A stretch of 64,000 nucleotides of DNA from a virus. Both the position numbers and the translations under genes were made by a program. The stretch is taken from the IMG/VR virus record IMGVR_UViG_3300014819_000003, positions 1 to 64,000 of that record; one strand, written 5' to 3'. Positions 58,267 to 64,000 of the stretch are shown in pieces; position 1 is the stretch's first letter; each line of letters starts with the position of its first letter. The notes beneath the pieces are model-generated. The model was given only the letters and a program-made list of their open reading frames with translations. It did no database searches and was not told where the DNA came from.

Positions 58267-61200
58267 GTGTCTTACGTTGGGCTTCATGTCCACACCCATT
58301 ACTCTTTGATGGATGGTGTGGCAACTCCGCAGGAATATGTAAAACGTGCCGTTGAACTCGGTATGCCTGCAATTGCGATTACAGATCACGGTACTCTATC
58401 AGGGCACCGTGAGATGTATCGTACCTGCAAGGAAGCGGGTATTAAACCTATTCTTGGCGTAGAAGGATATATTGCATACGATAGATTTGATAAGCGTGAT
58501 AAGTCTGAAAGAACTGGTCCACTTGATCTTAACTATTTTCATATTGTCCTTCTTGCCAAGAACCAACAAGGCCTAGAAAACCTAAATAAATTAAATGAAA
58601 TTGGTTGGACTGAAGGTTTCTATAAGAAACCAAGAATTGATTTTGAAGTTCTACAAAAATATAAAGAAGGCATTATTGTTTTATCTGCCTGCATGAGTGG
58701 ACTCATTGCAAAAGCAATTGAGGTAGGAGAATATGCAGAAGCAAAGAAACATATTGAATGGTTTAAAGATAATTTTGGTGATGATTTCTATATTGAAGTT
58801 ATGCCACACAACAAGCAAGAAATTAATGAATCGCTTGTTGAACTTGCCAAGGCATATTCTGTAAAGATTGTTGTAACGCCAGACTGCCATCATTCTACTG
58901 TTGATCAAAAGATTATTCAGGAAATGATGTTGCTTCTTAATACCCACGCAAAATTGCAAAAGGATGTTACATACGAAAAATCTAAGAAGCAAAAAGACAT
59001 GATGGATCGTCTTGATTATTTATATGGGGCAGACCGTCAAATGTCATTCCGTTCTTTTGATATTCACTTATTGTCTCGTGATGAAATGGCAAATGCCATG
59101 GCCGAGCACGGTATAAAAGATGAACAAATGTTTGCATCAACTTTAGAGATAGCAAATAAGGTAGAAGACTATGATATTAAATCTGGTTTAAACCTATTGC
59201 CAGTACAGTATAAGAAGCCACTAGAAGAGTTAAGATCTCTTGCTATGGAAGGCTTGAAGAATCTTGGTTTGGTAGACAAACAAGAATATCTTGATAGGCT
59301 TGAAGAAGAACTTTCCGTGATTGAGGAAAAGAATTTTGCACCATACTTCTTGGTCGTATACAACATGTTAAGTTGGGCTAAGAAGCAAGAGATTATGGTT
59401 GGTCCAGGTCGTGGATCTTCTGCTGGTTCATTACTTTGTTATGCCATTGGAATTACAGATATTGATCCAATTAAACACGGACTTCTGTTCTTCCGTTTTA
59501 TTAATCCTGAGCGTAATGACTTTCCAGATATCGATTCAGACATTCAAGATTCACGCCGTGATGAAGTAAAAGACTATCTTGTTAAGCAGTATCGTCACGT
59601 CGCATCTATTGCAACATTCTTAGAGTTTAAAGATAAAGGCGTAGTACGAGATGTTTCTCGTGCATTAAATATTCCATTGCCTGATGTAAATAAAGTATTG
59701 AAGACTGTAGATACATGGGATGATTTTGTAACATCTAGAAACTCTGAATGGTTCCGTGAAAAATATCCAGAAGTAATTATTTATGGTGAACAACTTCGTG
59801 GTCGCATTCGTGGTACTGGTATTCATGCTGCTGGTGTTGTGACTAGTAAAGAGCCAATATTTAGACATGCTCCTATGGAAACTCGTTCTTCTCCAGGATC
59901 TGATGAGCGAATTCCAGTAGTTGGTGTTGATATGGAAGAAGCCGAAAAGATTGGCTTAATTAAGATTGATGCACTTGGACTTAAGACTCTTAGTGTAATT
60001 AAAGATTGTATTGACATTATCAAAGAACGAGAAGGTACAAAGATAGATCTCCTTAAGATTGATATGGATGACAGCAATGTTTATAATATGTTATCTGATG
60101 GATATACTAAGGGCGTATTCCAGTGTGAAGCAACTCCATATACTAATCTTCTAGTTAAGATGCGTGTTAAAAACCTTGCTGAACTTGCTGCTTCTAACGC
60201 ACTAGTTCGTCCAGGTGCTATGAATACAATTGGTAAAGATTATATTGCTCGTAAACATGGTCGTCAAAACATTGATTATTTGCATCAGATTCTAAAACCT
60301 TTTACAGAAGAAACATATGGGTGTATTTTGTATCAGGAACAAGTTATGCAGGCCTGCGTTCAACTTGGCGGTATGACAATGGCAGAGGCTGATAAGGTTC
60401 GTAAGATCATTGGTAAAAAGAAAGATGCAAGAGAATTTGATGTATTCAAAGATAAGTTTATCAAAGGCGCTTCTGCTTATATTAGTCCAAACAATGCATT
60501 AGATTTATGGCATGACTTTGAAGCACATGCGGGGTACTCATTCAATAAATCACATGCTGTTGCTTACAGTACCGTATCATATTGGACAGCATGGCTTAAA
60601 TATCATTATCCACTAGAGTTTATGTTTGCACTTCTCAAGAATGAGAAAGACAAAGATGCAAGAACAGAATATCTAATTGAAGCAAAGCGTATGGGTATTC
60701 CAATTAGATTACCACATATCAATGAATCAGAAATTGATTTTAAGATTGAAGGCAAGGGTATTAGATTTGGTTTATCTGCAATAAAGTGGATATCAAATAC
60801 AATTGCAGAACGATATATTGCAGCAAGGCCGTTTAAATCTTTTAAAGAGGTAGAAGAATTTACCTTTACAAAAGGTAATGGTGTTAATAGTCGTGCTTTG
60901 CAAGCCATGAACTCTGTTGGTGCTTTAACTTTTCCAGACAATCCAGCAGATCCAGATAAGGTAAGAGAAAATGTTTATGAGTACCTTAACTTGCCAGAGT
61001 TTAATATGCAAATACCACAACACTATTATGCTTACATAAATGATATTGAAGAGTATGAAGAAAAGGGTGCATTCATATTGATGGGTATGGTAAAATCAAT
61101 TAAGAGATCAAAAGGATGGTCACGGGTAGAGTTGTTAGATAAAACTGGAAGTGTGGGAATTTTTGATGAAGAAAACACGGTTATTGAGGCAGGTCGTACT

Positions 61201-61542
61201 TATATTATTCTTGCAAATGATAATAGGATTGTATCTGCAGTTCCAGTTGATGAAATATCTCAATCCAAAGATGCCCTAGTTAAGTTTCTAAATTACAAGA
61301 TGCTACCTTATAAAGAAGGCGAGCACTATGTTGTATCATTCAAGCCCAGAGTTACAAAGGCTGGAAAAAAGATGGCATCTCTTACTGTTGCAGATGCAGG
61401 CAGAGAATTACATGCTATAACAGTATTTCCAACTGCATTTCCAAAAGCATACATGAATGTTCAAGCAGGAAACGTATATAAATTTGAATTTAAAGAAACA
61501 AAAGATGGAACTACAATAATGGAGGATGTAATAAATGTTTGA
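58267..61542 (+). CDS. dnaE: DNA polymerase III alpha subunit
   Basis: LHVHTHYSLMDG PHP domain, GPGRGS, PDIDSD, GIHAAG, YSFNKSHA. Confidence 0.96.
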   Translation: MSYVGLHVHTHYSLMDGVATPQEYVKRAVELGMPAIAITDHGTLSGHREMYRTCKEAGIKPILGVEGYIAYDRFDKRDKSERTGPLDLNYFHIVLLAKNQQGLENLNKLNEIGWTEGFYKKPRIDFEVLQKYKEGIIVLSACMSGLIAKAIEVGEYAEAKKHIEWFKDNFGDDFYIEVMPHNKQEINESLVELAKAYSVKIVVTPDCHHSTVDQKIIQEMMLLLNTHAKLQKDVTYEKSKKQKDMMDRLDYLYGADRQMSFRSFDIHLLSRDEMANAMAEHGIKDEQMFASTLEIANKVEDYDIKSGLNLLPVQYKKPLEELRSLAMEGLKNLGLVDKQEYLDRLEEELSVIEEKNFAPYFLVVYNMLSWAKKQEIMVGPGRGSSAGSLLCYAIGITDIDPIKHGLLFFRFINPERNDFPDIDSDIQDSRRDEVKDYLVKQYRHVASIATFLEFKDKGVVRDVSRALNIPLPDVNKVLKTVDTWDDFVTSRNSEWFREKYPEVIIYGEQLRGRIRGTGIHAAGVVTSKEPIFRHAPMETRSSPGSDERIPVVGVDMEEAEKIGLIKIDALGLKTLSVIKDCIDIIKEREGTKIDLLKIDMDDSNVYNMLSDGYTKGVFQCEATPYTNLLVKMRVKNLAELAASNALVRPGAMNTIGKDYIARKHGRQNIDYLHQILKPFTEETYGCILYQEQVMQACVQLGGMTMAEADKVRKIIGKKKDAREFDVFKDKFIKGASAYISPNNALDLWHDFEAHAGYSFNKSHAVAYSTVSYWTAWLKYHYPLEFMFALLKNEKDKDARTEYLIEAKRMGIPIRLPHINESEIDFKIEGKGIRFGLSAIKWISNTIAERYIAARPFKSFKEVEEFTFTKGNGVNSRALQAMNSVGALTFPDNPADPDKVRENVYEYLNLPEFNMQIPQHYYAYINDIEEYEEKGAFILMGMVKSIKRSKGWSRVELLDKTGSVGIFDEENTVIEAGRTYIILANDNRIVSAVPVDEISQSKDALVKFLNYKMLPYKEGEHYVVSFKPRVTKAGKKMASLTVADAGRELHAITVFPTAFPKAYMNVQAGNVYKFEFKETKDGTTIMEDVINV

Positions 61543-61852
61543 TGAATTAGCAGAAGAAATACATAAAAATGCAGTAGACAAAGGTTTTTGGGATAGAACT
61601 GCAGACCCAATATTTTTAGCAAAACAAATGATGATGATTGTATCTGAGGTATCAGAAGCCATGGAAGCAGTTCGTAAAGAAATGAATCCAGAACAGATAT
61701 CAGATGAGTTTGCAGATATTATTATTCGTACCATTGATCTTTATGCTGGTATGGTTGAGGCGGGGTATGTAACAAAATCACTAGACTATGCAATTAAAGA
61801 AAAGATGGAACGCAACACACATAGACCAAAGAAGCATGGGGTAAGATTCTAG
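61535..61852 (+). CDS. MazG-like nucleotide pyrophosphohydrolase
   Basis: SEVSEAMEA..K...EFADIIIR..D. Confidence 0.85.
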   Translation: MFDELAEEIHKNAVDKGFWDRTADPIFLAKQMMMIVSEVSEAMEAVRKEMNPEQISDEFADIIIRTIDLYAGMVEAGYVTKSLDYAIKEKMERNTHRPKKHGVRF

Positions 61853-62868
61853 TGACAGTTACAGTTGAAGAGGTATTGGCACAACTAAATCCCAAACTAA
61901 GAAAGAATATTCTTGTTGGAGATGAAATCCCAAAGACTGAATATGCAACAACTCCTAGTTTCGGTTTAAACCGTGCACTTAATGGTGGTTTGCCATATGG
62001 TAGACAAGTTCTTATTTGGGGTAGCAAGTCAAGTGCTAAATCATCCTTTTGCCTACAGTTAATTGCTGAAGCACAAAAAGAAGGCAAGATCTGTGCGTGG
62101 ATAGATGCAGAAATGTCATACGATAAAACTTGGGCAGAAAAACTAGGCGTAGATATATCTAAGTTAATTGTTTCTCAGGCTCGTACCATCAATGAGATGG
62201 TTGATGTTGGAGTAAATCTTATTGAGGCTGGCGTAGATATTATTGTTGTTGATTCAATAACATCATTGCTTCCTGCTATTTATTTTGAGAAAGACTCTAC
62301 AGAACTTAAACAGTTAGAAAATACTAAACAGATTGGTGCAGAGTCTCGTGACTTTAGCAATGCGTGGAAGATGCTTAACTATGCTAACAATAAGGTAAAG
62401 CCTACATTGCTTGTATTAATATCACAGTCTAGAAATAACATCAATGCTATGTACACAAGCCAACAGCCTACAGGTGGACAGGCTACAAAGTTTTATTCGT
62501 CTACTGTCATAAAGTTATTTTCGTCTGAATCAGATAATCAGGCAATCAAGGGGAAGATACATGTTGGAGATAAACTCATTGAGGAAAAGATTGGTCGCAA
62601 AGTTCGTTGGGAATTACAATTCTCTAAAACTTCGCCTGCCTTCCAGAGTGGTGAGTATGATTTCTATTTTAGAGGTGACAATCTTGGCGTTGATACTATT
62701 GGCGATCTTGTCGATACCGCTGAACTTGTTGGTCTGGTTAGTAGAACTGGTGCATGGTACCAACTAGAAGATGGTACTAAGGTTCAAGGCAGAGATGGTC
62801 TTGTTAATCGTGTTAAAGAAGATTTAGATTTGCAGAACATGCTTAAGAGCAAGTTGGAAAATGTCTAG
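61852..62868 (+). CDS. recA: RecA-family recombinase
   Basis: L.GGLP.GR, GSKSSAKS, IDAE, VVDSI, GG.A.KFYSS, GAWY. Confidence 0.93.
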   Translation: MTVTVEEVLAQLNPKLRKNILVGDEIPKTEYATTPSFGLNRALNGGLPYGRQVLIWGSKSSAKSSFCLQLIAEAQKEGKICAWIDAEMSYDKTWAEKLGVDISKLIVSQARTINEMVDVGVNLIEAGVDIIVVDSITSLLPAIYFEKDSTELKQLENTKQIGAESRDFSNAWKMLNYANNKVKPTLLVLISQSRNNINAMYTSQQPTGGQATKFYSSTVIKLFSSESDNQAIKGKIHVGDKLIEEKIGRKVRWELQFSKTSPAFQSGEYDFYFRGDNLGVDTIGDLVDTAELVGLVSRTGAWYQLEDGTKVQGRDGLVNRVKEDLDLQNMLKSKLENV

Positions 62869-63049
62869 CAAATTTGTAGTATACAAAGGTAAGTTCTGGT
62901 GCAAGACTTGTGGAAAAGAAGTTAGCACAATAAGAATTTATCCAGAAACTGGTATGGGTTCTTGGATGTGTTCTGAGAAACATTTATCAGAGGTTCATGT
63001 TTTTCAGGTTGGATATAAAAAGAAGAAGGACTATGAGCGAGAAGAATGA
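62861..63049 (+). CDS. small zinc-binding protein
   Basis: CKTC...C..KH. Confidence 0.65.
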   Translation: MSSKFVVYKGKFWCKTCGKEVSTIRIYPETGMGSWMCSEKHLSEVHVFQVGYKKKKDYEREE

Positions 63050-63344
63050 AAGTAAAAGAATCGGTGCTAAACAGCACAAGAATTCTGGTCGTAATACTAA
63101 AAAGGGCGATGCTACATGGCGTAGTTTTGTTATTGACTTTAAAGAATCAGAAAAGTCATTTACCATCAATCAAGACATATGGGCCAAGGCAGTAACAGAT
63201 GCTCTTAAGGCTGGCAAAGATAAGTCTCCAGCCGTTGTTATTATTTTGGGCAAGGGAAATAAAAAGACCCGCCTAGCATTAATAGAGTTTGACTTACTAG
63301 ATCAACTAACATGGGAAGCAAAATATGACAGAGACAACACATAA
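63033..63344 (+). CDS. Holliday junction resolvase-like PD-(D/E)xK nuclease
   Basis: NSGR...KGD.......IDFK. Confidence 0.7.
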   Translation: MSEKNESKRIGAKQHKNSGRNTKKGDATWRSFVIDFKESEKSFTINQDIWAKAVTDALKAGKDKSPAVVIILGKGNKKTRLALIEFDLLDQLTWEAKYDRDNT

Positions 63345-63636
63345 AAATACAATAGAACAAGTTAATGGTTTGACAGAAATTGCAGAGTATATGCAAGATG
63401 AAGAACTTACTACTGCATTAACCTTCATTGCCAAGATAATCTTAAAGCCAGACATTCCGCTAAACGTAGCAACAGTAGAGATAGTTAGACTACAGGCTAT
63501 TGCAGCAAAAATGTCATTTAGGGCTACGTGGATGGCCAATGTGGATAAGAATGATAGAGGAAAGAAGAACATTTACTATACCGCTGCAGAAGCAATCAAT
63601 AATCTGGTATCTGCTCTTAAGTATACGATACGCTAA
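63325..63636 (+). CDS. conserved helical hypothetical protein
   Basis: ORF track, coupled. Confidence 0.7.
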   Translation: MTETTHKNTIEQVNGLTEIAEYMQDEELTTALTFIAKIILKPDIPLNVATVEIVRLQAIAAKMSFRATWMANVDKNDRGKKNIYYTAAEAINNLVSALKYTIR

Positions 63637-63662
63637 CTGATATAATAGATAAAAAGGTATAT

Positions 63663-64000
63663 ATGACAAAAAACTTATTGAAGCAGGTAATGGTAAAGGG
63701 AGAACCTAAACCAGTAAAGAAAGAAAGTGATTTTAAACTAGATGGTCTTGTAGAAAAGATTAACTCTGGTTATACAATCAAGAATGAACCAAAGCATCAA
63801 ACCAAGAAAACTTTTGCACCATCAACCCTGGCCTACAACCATGGTGAGTGTCCAAGATACTGGTATCTAGCATTTTCTGGTGTGACATTTGAAGATAATT
63901 CAAATGCTTTTGGTGTTGCCAATAGAACAAATGGCACATATGGTCATAAAAGAATTCAAGATGCACTTATTAATTCTGGTATTGCTAAGATCTTTCAGGA
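63663..64000 (+). CDS. Cas4-like PD-(D/E)xK exonuclease, truncated at window end (not in ORF track)
   Basis: MTKNLLKQ...FAPSTLAYNHGECPRYWYLAF...G..GH.RIQ; TGATATAAT promoter upstream. Confidence 0.75.
   Translation, partial: MTKNLLKQVMVKGEPKPVKKESDFKLDGLVEKINSGYTIKNEPKHQTKKTFAPSTLAYNHGECPRYWYLAFSGVTFEDNSNAFGVANRTNGTYGHKRIQDALINSGIAKIFQ

Noticed and set aside
55445-62868. Inteins or introns in DnaB, DnaE or RecA
   Set aside because: Normal lengths, continuous motifs, no splice-junction signatures
6469-63966. Many antisense and alternate-frame ORFs in the track (e.g. 17639-18388, 29770-30471, 42848-43270)
   Set aside because: They lie within well-supported genes, lack RBS or promoter signals and reflect codon bias
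1-64000. tRNA genes, terminase, integrase, alternative genetic code
   Set aside because: None recognised by eye; genes are intact under the standard code; terminase presumably lies outside the window
63663-64000. CRISPR-Cas system suggested by the Cas4-like gene
   Set aside because: Solo Cas4-like exonucleases are common in phage recombination modules; no array or other cas genes are present

Overview
AT-rich fragment of a large long-tailed dsDNA phage (Caudoviricetes). The host is probably an actinobacterium, plausibly a low-GC freshwater lineage. This is inferred from GAAAGG ribosome sites, leaderless genes, actinobacterial-type promoter motifs and a gene order resembling large Streptomyces siphoviruses. 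Layout: (1-3500) divergent cluster of tiny early-type genes behind a family of composite promoters; (3580-21650) many virion-fibre/adhesin genes including three repeated cassettes, plus a lytic transglycosylase and an HNH nuclease; (21814-23844) class II ribonucleotide reductase; (23872-54225) portal, protease/scaffold, capsid, neck, tail tube, chaperones, 3107-aa tape measure and tail tip; (54235-64000) replication/recombination genes (DnaB, primase, SSB, DnaE, MazG-like, RecA, resolvase, Cas4-like exonuclease). No terminase, tRNA, CRISPR array or integrase was seen. Top observations: (a) the early promoters combine a PafBC/RecA-NDp-like TGTCAG-N10-TANNNT element, helically phased CRP sites and WhiA-like GACAC boxes, suggesting the phage uses host DNA-damage, cAMP and cell-cycle regulators; (b) the tape measure carries an inserted HAD phosphatase and a second cargo domain; (c) the tail chaperone G/GT frameshift appears replaced by gene duplication; (d) adhesin cassettes are bounded by repeated promoter sequences; (e) there is a candidate hairpin small RNA with its own promoter. 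All assignments come from reading motifs by eye; no database searches were run.
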